From the human T2T-CHM13v2.0 reference genome, Homo sapiens, in the NCBI RefSeq assembly GCF_009914755.1, contig NC_060926.1: DNA of 64,000 nucleotides, one strand, 5' to 3'. Below are positions 45,571 to 62,119 of this stretch, piece by piece. The translations under genes and the position numbers were made by a program. Every line of letters starts with the position of its first letter. Position 1 is the first letter of the stretch. Below the pieces are notes generated by a model. The model searched no databases. It had not been told where the DNA came from and was given only the letters and a program-made list of their open reading frames with translations.

Positions 45571-46945
45571 TATTTTTAGGCTAGCTGCTTATTTGTACCT
45601 ATCCTATTCTGTCTATGAAATTGTGTTTTTTCTCTCAAGAGACTCTCCTAAGTGAGAAATTTCTATTATGTTTTCTTGGAATTTGCATTATGTTTGAAGC
45701 TAAAAATATTTGTTTAAAGGTCAAAAGTAGAGATTTCATCTATAGACTGGAGCAAATTCCAGCCTGGGCATATCTTCGTCTAGAGATCTAAAGCCCCCTC
45801 TTCCAGTTCTAATTATTTTTAAGGTATTTTTTTTAAGGCTATCCCAAATTTGTAAACATATGGTGTAAAAATGTTGTGAATCTCTTCTATCTTACTTGGT
45901 GGATGGGTGAGAAAATGGTGGTGGTAAGATAAGAATATAAGAATGGGACTGACAAAGCAATTCAATATTCAGCCGTTCCAACAAGCCCTTATTACAGCTA
46001 CCATTCTCCCTCTCCCTCTCTCTCTTTGTGCTGCCATTTTAATGATTCTGCTAGGCTGCTAGGCAGATATAGAGAAACTCTCCCCTCTACTACAATTGTC
46101 ACTTCTGGGTACTGAGCTCTGGTTTCCTGGACATACTTTATCCATAAATAGGTAGAAATTTCTCATCCACACAGTCTATCTCCTGTATCATTTGTTTTTA
46201 TGTGTTTATTTTATTATCATTTTATAATATCCTTGGAGCAAAGAGAAACAGACACTGTGGGTTTGATTAACCACCTTGAGCTCACACCTCTTCAGTGTCA
46301 TTTTCTTGTTTTAAACTGGTATCATAGCCAATAAAAGTGTTGACCTTTTATATCAGAACTTTTCAAATAAATCCCTCTTCCCAATTTTGGATGGCTGCTT
46401 TGTGAAACCCAAATCAGAAATGTTTTATATCTAATTTGGTTAGATTACATTTCATGACCCTCTTGTTAACCTTTTAAAGTGTTTTTGACTCTATTTTGTC
46501 ATCTGAAATATCACAGCTCTCTCCTGCCAGTATGCCATCTGTGATGACATATGGTGATTTTACTTCTACAGCACAATTTGAAAAGGATCATTGCATCACT
46601 GTCAGCCTGAATCCTAACTTAGATAACTAACCTGAGGCCCCTTTCCAGGTGCAGAGGCAAATTGTTTTTGGGCCTTTGAAAATTGTTCCCCTGATACAAC
46701 TAAAGTTATTTGTTCAAAAGGAGAGAAATTAAAATTTAAGGATAAAATAAATGTCTGGAGTTGTAAATGCATTATGTCTATTACATTTCAAAAATGTAAA
46801 GTTATAATATTTTTCTATTATGGACAGAGATACTGAAGCAAAAGACATTTATGCCACTGGGTTAGACAGCCAGCAACTAAGAAGAAACTTGAACTCATAG
46901 CTGATGTCTCCAAAACTCATGCTGTCTCCACTGCTACCTGCATAG

Positions 46946-47580
46946 TTTTTTAAAAATTTGTTTCATTTTAGATTCAGGGGTACACGTATATGTTTGTTAC
47001 AAGGGTGCATTGTGTACTGGTGGGGACTGCACTTCCAGTGTACCCAATACTCAAATAGTGAATACTGTACCTCATAGGTAAGTTTTCAGCTCTTACCCCT
47101 GTTCCCTCTTCCTCCATTTTGGAGTCCCCAGTGTCTATTATTTCCATCTTTATGTATAACCATTGTTTAGCTCTCACTTATGATTGAGAAAATGTGGTAT
47201 TCGCTTTTCTGTTTTGGAGTTAATTCACTTAGGATAATGGCCTCCAGCTCCACCCAGGTTGCTGCAAAGGACATGATTTCTTTCTTTCTGTGGCTGTGTA
47301 ATATTCCATGGTGTACATATACCACATTTTCTTTTATCCAATCAGCTACTGATGGATACTTAGGAGGTTCCATGACTTTGCTATTGTGAATAGTGCTGTA
47401 ATACACATATGAGGGCGGGTGTCTTTTTTATATAATGATTTATTTTCCCTTGGGTAGACACCGAGTAGTGGGATTTCTGGGTCAGATAGTAGTTCTATTT
47501 TTATTTCTTTGAGATATTGCCATGCATTTTTCATAGAGAATGAACTAATTTACATTCTCACCAACAGTGTATAGGCATTC
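46946..47580 (-). mobile_element. L1 3' end (L1PB-like), 5'-truncated
   Basis: Minus-strand ORF2 C-terminal fragments (KEIMSFAATWVELEAIILSELT; WQYLKEIKIELLSDPEIPLLGVYP). Confidence 0.92.
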
Positions 47581-49099
47581 ATAGGTTCATTTTATTGTAA
47601 TAGCAAGCTAAACAATAAAATAAAATTAGCAGAGCTCAGCAATTCCAGTTCTTCCTATATCCTGATCTTGGACTCCAGCTTTATAAGAAGTGTTTCAATC
47701 TGTCTTAGTTTGATGTTTCTTCAGAAAAGACTGTGTTTGCTACAATTAGCAAGGAACAAGATTTCTGGTTTAGTTCAATTGCACAAAGATATCAGATGTC
47801 GCTGCTGTTGTCTTTACTGAGAAAAAACAATAACTGCTAAGATCCTAGGCATTTCATCTGTATTCCAATCAGTGAGAAAGAGAGTGCCAAACTGCAGAAA
47901 GCGTGTCATACTTTACTGTGCTTTCTTTTAGAAGTTTTCCACCATTGATTAGAACTATATGAAGTGGTCATCTATGAATGTAAGGTATGTGAGGAAATAG
48001 TGCTTTTAATACTACTTGATTCACATTCCCATCTTCTATCTCATCTTGAAGACAATTATCTTAATGCTAATTAGTATATATTTATTTTTGTATAGCTCAC
48101 TCTAAAATTTATGCTAGTATTATGTATACATGTATTTTAATTTAAATAAATTGTGTGCCTTATTCTGTTTCTTACTTAAACATCATAGATTATGTTTGTG
48201 AGATCCATCTATTTTCCAACGTGTATATGTAGTCCACGTTCTAATCATTGAGTAGAAACTCCATGATGTTCATCCAATATATGTTGCATTCAAAATCCCC
48301 CATTATCACAGCAGAACCAAATTGTGTACCTGTCTTTGTGCATGTACACTTATGGGCCTGTGTAAGAAATTCTTTGGGATACATATACAGACACAGAATA
48401 CCTAGTTTGACTAATTAGTGCCATATTTCTCTCCAGAATGGTGATGCCAATTTACATTCCCAAACTGCATGTATGGGAATTACATCACTGTCACATATTC
48501 TACATCACTGTCACATGTTCATAATATCAAGTTTCTAAATTATACTAAATTACAATTTTACACTGTATAAATTATATTTAAAAGTTTACATAAAATATAA
48601 ACTTTGTATTAAATAAAAGTTTAATAGCCATAATAGCATTTTGCTGTTTTAAGTCCAGTGTCCCTGATAACATTAATTTTGTCCTCCTCTTCATGTGTTC
48701 TTTAAAGTTTTTAATATGTTTTCCTATATCTGAAGGTTTCAAGTTTTGCTCACTATTGTTTGTCAGTGAGATTCTTTCCCTTTTCTTTTTGATTTGTAGA
48801 TCTTCATATTTTTAGATGCTATCTCTATGTCAGATTTAGACACGTAAAGTTATTCTCTGGAACTGTTTTCCATGTATTACTCTCATTAAATGAAAAACAA
48901 TTTTAACAAACACCACTGAATCATTTAATGAAATAACTTATTGGTAATATCATCATACACTTCCATTTATTTTATTTCCAAATTTAGTTTGAATTTTTAT
49001 TTTAAATATCTTTCTCTATCTTTGCTGTATCCAGTGACTAGATTCCCCCTGCAATCCCTGTTTATGGTTCCTTCCACCCTCTACAAAACACTTCACTTC

Positions 49100-49332
49100 A
49101 ATATCTGGTTCTATCATCAAATCTCTTTTTCTAAATTTGATTCTGTGTCCCTCATATTAGGAATCTTGTGATTACATTAGACTGACCTTAACAATCCAGG
49201 ATAATCTCCCATTTCAAGATCCTTAACTTAACAAAATCTGCAAATTCCCTTTTACAATATAAGGAGGATATCATATTCACAGATTCCAGATATTAGGAAA
49301 TATTTTGAGAGTCATTGTTTAGACTACCACAT
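49100..49332 (-). mobile_element. MLT1 LTR fragment
   Basis: cttgtgattacattag..aatccaggataatctcccatttcaagatccttaacttaa..atattcacagattccag. Confidence 0.75.
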
Positions 49333-49334
49333 GT

Positions 49335-51490
<2,156 letters not shown>

Positions 51491-51754
51491 AATCTCACAT
51501 TTGTCAATAGGTGCAATTCATTTTATGTTAAATTTTATCTCAGTATATTTATTGTTAAAATATCATACCCTTCTTCCCCTTTTACTTTATAATTTATCAT
51601 TCAGGTTTTTTATCTATTTAGGTTTTACCTTTATATATTGTATTAGGTGTGTTTTTTGTTTGGTTAGATTAAATTTTATTTTTCTCTATGTAATTAACAT
51701 ATTTTTATAACTCTATTATACATTAATTTTGTATGGATTTTGCTTTTAACATTA

Positions 51755-51955
<201 letters not shown>

Positions 51956-52534
51956 CTAATATATACATGGGTCCTCCAATAGGCTCTTTCTCCATTGACC
52001 CATATGACTTGTTCTTTTATCAATACCTCTGTTACTTTCTATTAAGATATGCTAATATCTTTACAGAAAATCTCTACTCTTTTTTTGTCTTCTCCAAAGT
52101 TAGCTTTAGTGAGCCATGATTAATCCATATATATTTTAGAGTATGCTATTGAATTTCTAAAACAATCCAACTAAAATTTTTATTTTGTATTGTCTAGATT
52201 CATAGATTAAATTGTACCAATTTTATGTTTTAAAAATATTTTCATACTGTCCAATAACACTTCTCAATTTATTCAGATCACCTTTTCTGTTGTTCATTAT
52301 ATTTTAATGGTTTTTTTTTTTTTTTTTGCACAGAAGTATTTTATTTCTTTGGTTAAATTTTTCCTGAGTAGCTTTTTATTTGTGGCAGTTTGAATAGTAT
52401 CTTATTTTTGCTATATTGTCTACTCTCTTTAGTATAAAATGATTTCTCTAAGTAAATCTTGTTCACCAGTTTTTTGAATTTGAAAAAAAAGTGACATTTG
52501 CTTGTATGAAAATATGTATTATCCTCTTTGATTT

Positions 52535-54990
52535 CCAATTGTGCATCTAAAGAGGTTGGAAATTACCACTTCATCCTAACTTGTACAAATCTGAAAAAAA
52601 AAAACTGAAAAACCAAGAACTCTTCTTAGATTCATAAGAGATATGAGGTCACAAGTCATGCCACCCTCCCCCAAATTGGAGAAATATGCAAGAGGATACC
52701 GAGAACCACAACATACCAGAGCAGAAACCTCCACAAGAACCAGTGCCTGGGTTGAAAAACCTGAATTGTAATTGGTGAAACACTGAAGTTTTTCAGTTTT
52801 CAGCCAGGTGTGAAGTCTTAGACTTAAAAATTCTAGAAATATCTAGTCACAGGGGGGTTCCACGCTTTTCTAAGTTTTACCCCCAATAGCCTGACTTCAT
52901 TCTCAAAATAAAAGCTGAGACAAGTCCTCTCATACTTGCAGCAAGAGGAGAGGAAAATAATCATTTTAAAATACGCCTGGACTCTCTGTTCCTAACAAGG
53001 CCTGCCCTCAGGAGAAACTAGTTAATCAGAGCTTAATCTTTTGTAGATTTATCAGTCTAACTGATCTGGGGAAAGAGAAGTACCAAACCACAGCCAGCTC
53101 TTACATGCGGGAGAAGGGAAATGCCCAACTCCATCTCACTTTAGCCGTCCTATTTCACCTAAGAGGGAAGGAAAAAAAACTTAGAAACATTTGTAAAGTT
53201 CAAAGTCCAGAGGCATAAATTTACTAAGAGAATAAAACATAACCATGAAACTCTAGAATGCTTCTCCCCCAACATTTAACCAAGATATTATGAAATTTCT
53301 ATTACAGCAATTCTTTTTTACCCAAAACATTATGTCAAGGGCACACTAAAAGCCAAAAAGAAACAAACAAAAAAGCAAATATACAGTTTGAAGATACAGA
53401 GCTAGCATCAGAACCAGATATGGCAGGGATATAAGAATTATGAGGTAGGAAATATAAAACATCTATAATTAATATCATAACCACTCTAATAAATCAAATA
53501 GACACCATGTAAGGAGATATGGGCAATGTAAGCAGAGAGATATAAAACCTAAAAAATAACGACAAAAAAAGAAATGCTAGAGATCAAAAACACTGTAACA
53601 GAAATGAAAATACATTTGATGGACTTATTAGTAGACTAGACATGCCTGGAGAGAGAATCTCTGAGCTTGAATAAATATAAATAGAGATCTCCAAAACTAA
53701 AAAGCAGAGACAATAAGGACTGAAAGAAATAGAACAGAATATCTAGGAATTGTGTTCTTAGATATTACAACTACAAATGCTGTAATGTACACCTAATGGG
53801 AATACCAGAAGTAGAAAAAAAAAAAAAACAGAAAAAAACCAGAAGATATATTTGAAACAATGACTGAGAACTTTTCCAAATTAATGTGAATTTTCAAAGG
53901 ACAGACCTAAAAATTTCAGAGAATACCAAGCAGGATAAATGCCATAAAAACTGCACTGAGGCATATCATTTATAAGCAACTAAAAGTCAAAGATAAAAAA
54001 ATCTTAAGCCACAAGGAAAAAATACCTTACGTGTAGGAGAGCAAAGGTAAGAGTTAACATCCAACTTCTCAGAAAACTGGCAAACAAAAGAAAAGTGGAA
54101 TGCAATAAAGTGTTGAAAGAAAAATAATTTTAAAACACCACCAAGTTAGAATTTTGAACTTTGTATCCTGTGAAATTATTCTACAAAAGTGAAAGGGAAA
54201 TAAACTTTCTCAAACAGCACTGAGAAAAAATATTTTTCAGTAAGGCTGCTTTTAAGAAATGTCTAAAGAAGTTCTTGAGAGAGAAGGAAAATATTATATT
54301 ATGGGTCAGAAAGTTGGTTCTACATGAAGAAATAAAGAATATTGAAGAAGAAATAAGCAAGGGTGAAATAAACATTTTTATTTTTCTTCTTAATTGATCT
54401 AACAGATAAAGTGTATTTGCAAAATATATTTGATCATGTATGTGTTTTATATGTGTGTGTATATATATATGTGCATACATATATGCTTATGTATGCTTTT
54501 ATATTAGGGAATAACTGATAACAATAATAGAAGAGATAGGAGGGAGGAATTAGGATTCTTTTGTTGTAAAATCCTCAAATTACCTTGTGAAGTGGTACAG
54601 TGTTATTTGAAAGTAGGCTTAGATTAATTGCTCATGTATATGGTAAACTCTACCGCAGCCACTAAAAAAAATGAACTACAATAGATATGTTAATAAAAGA
54701 GAAAATTGAATCATATAAAATGCTCAAATAGGAAAATAATAGGCAAATATACAGACATAGCCGGCAGAAAATAAGTAAGGACATAGTTGAACTCAACAAT
54801 ACTTTCAACCAATCAATTGGATATAATTCACATTCATAGAATATTTCATCCAGCAACAGTAGAAAACACATTTTTCTCAAGATCACATGGAACATCTGCC
54901 AAGATAGACCACATTCTGGGCCATAGAACACACTTAACAAATTAAAAAGAATAGAAATCATATAATGTCTGCTGTCAGAACACAGTGGAA
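52535..54990 (+). mobile_element. Old L1 (L1MC/MD type): 5' region, ORF1 and start of ORF2
   Basis: ORF1 motifs (tttgatggacttattagtagactagac; aataccaagcaggataaatgcc). Endonuclease motif ccaagatagaccacattctgggcc. Confidence 0.8.
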
Positions 54991-56702
54991 TATTGAGAAA
55001 CTAACAATCGCTATAATGGGCTATTACCCTACAGTAGTGTTTATTAAGCCTACTCTTTCCCCACCATCACATTTTTTAGTAAATCTACGTGGAACGTAAT
55101 TAAGTTCTGTGAGTCATGGCAGTGGTTAATTTTCTTCATCCATTTAAAAACTACTTTAAATTCATAAGCATTTTGTAATCACCAGAATAATTTTGTATCT
55201 AATTCTTTTAGAAGAGAATATTTGGAAATGCCAGTACTTTGTAATACAGTCACTAACTTGTTTCAAACATGATAACCACTTTTCACGTATTTTAGTTCCA
55301 TGACATTAGATTTACTAAATGTGTCATCTTTTGATAGTCACCTATTCCTATGAATCATCTCCATTTTTATCCATAACTTGCATGCTCATATTAAATAGAA
55401 ATATGCCACTAAGTAGTTAAACTAAATTTTAGAAGTCTTTAATCTGACTACTAAAATTACTTAGTCTACATTTGTACAAATCATATTATATCTCTGATTT
55501 TTAGTTTCCTCACTTGTAAAATTAGGATAATGATTTTTTTTGCTTACCTCTTAGCATATTTAAAAGGATCAATATGTGATTATAATTTGCAAATTGCCAA
55601 GTGCTCTAGAAATGCAAATTATTGCTGATATAAAAATTAGCTTTTAAGCATACTCATACTGCTAGGGAAACATATATATTGGTAAAAACTTTCTGAAGAG
55701 ATATTTTATATTTTCCACTTTGATTAATTACACTGATAATAATTTATTTTATAGAATTAACATAACTATATACAAAGACTTACAAGACCTATACTCATCA
55801 CAGGAAAAAGACAACCAAATAATAAATAAGTCATGGTACATCTTTGTGATAATAATCTATGCAAATCTTTTATAATCCTGATTATCATAACTATTACAGT
55901 GGTGCATATGCTTACACAATAAAATATGTGAGGCTACTATATACAGTTGGATCCCAAATTTTTGCAAACACACACAGGCAAATTTAATATAGAAACTACA
56001 TTAAGCTGTTGAAAGTTCTTACTCCTGTGCTAGATTATGAGTGTTTTTAAGTTTTCTTCATAGTTTAAGGAACAGAGAGAAAAATAATTTAAAAATGAAC
56101 AGAAACATGTGTTCTAGTCTACCATCAAGTATATGTACTATATTATTTCTAGAAGGAGTAGAGAGAAAGGGAAGAAAGAATATTTGAAAAAGTTGATAGT
56201 CTAAATTTCCCAAATATGATAAAATACATTAATTTACATATCTAAGAGGTACGATGAACTCCAAAAAGCATAAACTCAAAGAATTCTTAGTGATAAACTT
56301 TTCACAAGGAGAGAATCTTGAAATTAGCAAGAAAAAAGTGACTGATCACAGACATGGGATCTTCACCAATTATCAGCTGATATCTCTTCAGACATCATCA
56401 TGGCCAGATGGCAATCGAATGATATATGTAAAGTCTGAAAGAAAAGAAAAAAATGTTAAGCAAGAATTTCATATCGAAGAAAATCTCCCTTCAATAATGA
56501 ACAATAAATTAAGACTTCTCCAGGTAAAGAATAGCTGAGTAAGTTTATGCCACTAGACCTGCCCTATGGGAAATGCTAGAGTCCTTCAGATTGAAATGTT
56601 AGAATACTAAGCAGTAACTTGGAGCCACATAATGATAGAAATATAACCATAAAAGTGGCTACACAAGCAAATGTGAAAGCATTGTTGTATTTTTATAATT
56701 CG

Positions 56703-57005
<303 letters not shown>

Positions 57006-59308
57006 CAATTTTTTATTCACTATAGAATTTGAAAGAAAAATGCGTAAAATAGACTTAAAAATGGCTGTTAGGCTGTTATTTGGCACACAATATATAAGGA
57101 GGTAAATTGTGAGAAAAACAACGTAAAGTGGGGGATGGAGCAATATAGGAGTAGTTTTTTATGCTAATGAAGTTAATTTGAAATCAACTTGAACTAGATT
57201 TTTAATAATTTATGATGCTAAATATAATCTCCACAGTACACCAAAAGAACATTTCTAAAAAATGTACAGAATGGAAAATGTGAAATGAATAAGAAATGAT
57301 TCTCTATAAAAAATCAACTAAAAAGTAGGCATTAATGAAAGAAATGAGGCAAAAATGTATAAGACATAGAGGAAACAAAAGGCAAAGTGGCATTCATAAG
57401 TTATTTAGTTATTTTTATCAGTCATTAACTTTTATGTGAATAAATTAAACCCTCTAATCAAAAGTCAGAGATTGGCAGATGAATTAAAACACACAGGCAC
57501 AAAACAAAAATAAAAAAACCTGTGTGATGTTAACAAGAGACTCACTTTAGATCCAAAGAAGTAAAAAATTTGAAAGTTAAAGGATGAATAAAGATATTTC
57601 ATAAAAGTAGTAACAATAAAATATAGTTGCTATACTAACACCAAAATATACTAACACAAAATATAGAGTTGCTATACTAATATCAGAGACATACAAACTT
57701 CACATCAAAACTATAACAAGAAACAACAAAGACAATATGGGTCAACATTAAAAAGATAAAAAATATCAATATATGCACACAAAACAAAGCCACTAAATAT
57801 ATGAAAAATACATTGATAGAATTGAAAGGAGAAAAGATAGTTGTATAAACTTGATTGGAGACTTCAAAACCCTACTTTCAATAATGGATAGAACACACAG
57901 AGAGAATCAATATGGAAATGGAAAATTTTTATAATACTGCTCCAACTAAATCTAACAGGAATATATATAATACTCCACACAATGAATAAAAACATATTTT
58001 TCTCCAGGGAACATAGAGTATTTCCATGATAGATCTTATGTTAGGCCACAAACCAATCTCCACAACTTGAACAGATTGAAATCACACAAAGTATCCTGCA
58101 AACACAATGGAATGAAGCTAGAGATCAATAACAGAAGGAAAACTAGAAAAGTCGTAGACACATGCAGATTAAGCAATACCCTTGTAAGCAACCAATGTGT
58201 CAAAACATAAATCAAAAAATAAATTAAAAAATACTTAGAGACAAATGGAAATAAAAGCACAACATACCAAAACTCATAGTATGCCTTAAAGGCTCAGTGG
58301 GAAATTTATAGCTCTTAATGCCTACATTAAAAAAATAAAAAAGGTATCCTCAATAACCTAACTTTATACCTTGAAGAACTATAAAATTATAAGCAAACTT
58401 AATGCCAATCTAGCAGAAGGAAGAAAATAATAAAGATGAGTGTGAAGTTAAACTAAACAGAGAATAGAAAAACAATAGAGAATATCAATGGAGTTAAATC
58501 AAAAGCAGTTTCTTGGAAAGATCAACCAAACTGGAAGAGGTTTAGCCAGAGTGAGAAGTGAAAAAGGAGAGAAAATACAAATAAATAAAATTAGTAATGA
58601 AAGTGGGGATATTAATACTGAACTTAGAGAAAAATAAGAATTATAAAATAATATTATAAATAATTGTTTGTTGGTAATTTAGATTTTGTAGATGAAATGG
58701 ATAAATTTCTGGAAACATAATTTATCAAAACTGACTCAAGAAGAAATAGAAAATTTCAACAGACATGTAAGAAGAGATTTATTCAGTAATCAACCCCACT
58801 CCAAGAAAATTCAGGACGAGATGGGCCCTTTGGTGAATTCTACTGAACATTTAAAGAATTAACACCAATTCTTCTAAAATCTTCCAAAACTATATAAGAG
58901 GGGGGAATAATTCTTAACTTCTCTTATGAAGCTAGAGTTACCATGATCCAAAGATAAATAGTGACATCACAAGAAAAGAAAATTATACATCAATATTCTT
59001 TATGCATGTAGATTCAATCACTCTCAACAATATAATAGCAAACCAAATAGAGCAGCATATTAAAATTGTTATACACCATAGACAAGTGGGAGGTATCCTA
59101 GGAATGCAAGGACAGCTCATCAGAAAATCAATCAACGTAATTTGCTACCTTAATAGAGCAAATAGAAGAAACAACATTATTATCTCAATTGACATAGAAA
59201 AGCCATTTGAGAAAATCAAACACCCTTCTGTAATAAAAAATACTTAGAAAACAAATAGAAGGGAAGCTCCCTAACATGATTCGAATGAGACTAAAAGCTT
59301 TCCCCTTG

Positions 59309-59555
59309 TATTTTTCCTGAGGACTCTCTTTGGCTTGTAGATGGCCACCTTCTGACTGTGTCTTCATATAGCCTTTCCTCTGTGCATGTGCATTCCTGGT
59401 GTCTCTTCCTCTGCTTATAAGGAGACTAGTCTTGTTGGATTAAAATCCCACCCTTATCATCTTATTTAACCTTAATTATCTCTTTAAGTGCCCTGTCTGC
59501 AAATGCAGTTACATTGAGGGTTAGGGTTTTAACAGGTGCATTATGAGGGGAAACT
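59309..59555 (-). mobile_element. MLT1A-like LTR fragment
   Basis: ggcttgtagatggccacctt..cctttcctctgtgc..atttaaccttaattatctctttaa..gggttagggttttaaca. Confidence 0.8.
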
Positions 59556-61249
59556 CCTACAACTCCTATGACTCAACAACAACAAAGAAACACAAACAAC
59601 CCAATTAAAAAATAAGCCAAATATTTGAATAAATATATTTTAAAAGAAGACATACAAACAGTCAATAAGCACATGAAAAAAGGCTCCAAAGTCACTAGGG
59701 AAATGAAAATCACAACAACAATAAGATATTACTTTAACTAGAATGAATATTATATATAATATTGTCCATTAAAATTATATATATATTATATATATTATAT
59801 ACACTCAGAGCTAATTCTGAGACCAACTCTATTTATAAATGCATATATATCAATGTCTATATAGACATTTTAATGGAGAATACAAGTTTGATGAGGCTAT
59901 GGAAAAATTAAAATGTTCATGCATTGCTGGTAAGAATGGAAAATGGTAAAGTGGCTGTGGAATAGAGTTTGATAGTTTTTCATAAAGATAAACATAGAAT
60001 TATATGACCTAGCATTTCTACTTCCAGGTCTATGCATTAAAAAGAAGTGAAAAAAAATGAAAGAGACTTAAACAGATAATTTATACCAATGTTCATTGTA
60101 GCATTATTGACAATAGCCAAAATGTGGAAACAAACCAGGTGTCCATAAACAGCTGAATGAATAAGCAAAATGTAGTATATGCATACCATAAAATACTATT
60201 CAGCCATAAAAAGGAATACAGTTCTTACACATATTATACATATTATATCATGGATGATTCTTGATACATAACATGGATGATTCTTGATAACATTATGCTA
60301 AGTAAAATAAGTTAGATACAAAAGAATAAATATATGATCACATTTATATGAAATATCTAGAATAAGCAAATCATAGAGACAGAAGGTAGATGTGGGGTCA
60401 CAAAGACTGAGTGATGAGATAAATGAGGAATTATTGTTTAATGATTACAAAGTTTCTGTTTGGAGTAATAAAAAAGTTTTGAATATAGATAAAAGTGATG
60501 ATTGTACAACACTGTGAATGTAATTAATGTCACTGAATTATACACTTAAAATAAAGTAACTATATATATATATATCCACAATAAAAAAGTGGTTTCAAGA
60601 TATTTATATACCCCTCTGTGAAAATGCTGACTATATTTTCTTTGCCCAGAGTTTTTGTGTTTTAAAATTATGTTATCACAGAATGTAATACAAAGAAAGA
60701 ACATATATTATCTGCCCCAACTCCTATATTTTAAAGAAATAGAAACTGAGATCCAGATGGGCTTAATGACTCAAATCACACTACCATTTAGAATGCTTTA
60801 GAACCAAGTTCTACTAACATGTTGAGCCTTTCGTTGATTTATGTTTTATTATTTATTATGTAATGAATGGTTTATTCTTATAGGACTTGCAGGATTCATC
60901 AATCAGATAAAGGTTACATAACTTTCTGGAAAAAGTCTAGGGTAGAGTAGATAGCTTTGCAGAAGGCTTGAAATAACATTTCACAAGTGTTTTTTTGGTA
61001 TACTGAGCAGCCCCACCGTTAGGAAAGGACAGCAGTCAAGGAGTAAGAAATGCAATGTAACAGCATGTGTAGAAGCCTGATAGATTGTGGCCTAAGGTGC
61101 GGAACGCTGGTCTTAGTGGCACTCAGAGCTGTTTCTTGGAACAATGCTGTTGGTTTCTAGAGTTACTACAGTATTAAAAAGTTTCTTCTGGGCTGATGTT
61201 TTGGCCTGGACGTCAGAGTTGACTTGGATACTTGAACCAGGCAAATTAA

Positions 61250-61377
61250 CCAATTTATGCCTAGTGTTCCATTATTGGAACGCTAAGCTTGTGAGAGTTA
61301 TTTGTATCCTACTGCTTGAGGTCATCATCAAAGTCTGATTTTTCTCAAAAAAATTTGCAACCTCCAGCATAAATGGG
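61250..61377 (+). mobile_element. MER85 piggyBac MITE, complete
   Basis: TTAA TSDs at 61246-61249 and 61378-61381. TIRs ccaatttatgc/gcataaatggg. Internal gttccattattggaac. Confidence 0.93.
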
Positions 61378-62119
61378 TTAAGTCGGTCACAATAACACCG
61401 TGCATGATCAATGCTGCAAAGTAAAATTCTCTTCAGGCTATTCCTCTGTTAAAAAAGAATTAAAAACAAGTAATGTCTAACATGAGATATTGGTATCTGA
61501 CCTCTTTTTTAATAACAACTCTGAAAAGTGTGTGCAGGCTGAATAAAAATGTGTAAGAAGCTAAGTGAACTGACATTCAGAAGAACATTTACTCAAATTC
61601 AGCATATCTAGATTCTAATTCATACTAACTTATGTTGTGATTGAAGACAACAACAGTAAGACATCACTGGATAGCTCTGGACTTCCTCATTAGATGCAGA
61701 GATTATTAAAACAATGCTCTCCAGTAAGCTTTGAGAACCAAATGCCCATATTGGTTCTGTATACAAAGTAATAATCAATAACACCTACATGAGTGGCTGT
61801 CAGTGTGTTGAAGAAATTATCTGTAAAATTTAGTGAGGTTATAAATTGGGATTTTAAAGATGCAACTAGTAGTTGTGATTGGGTTAACAAAATCTTATCA
61901 AGCTTACAAATAGATTATGCAGATGTCAAGTGCATTTTCAAAATTGCCATGGCAAATTCAAGGCTTATATAAAAATGGAAAAATAGTAGATTGCCATTTG
62001 GTGATTGGAAAGGTTAGTTTGGGCTGATGCCTGTCTCAGTGATTTGGAACTTGCAAGGAATGTACAAGTTTTTAATGAATTTGATGCTTTCAATGCATTT
62101 GATACCCCAAGAGAACACT

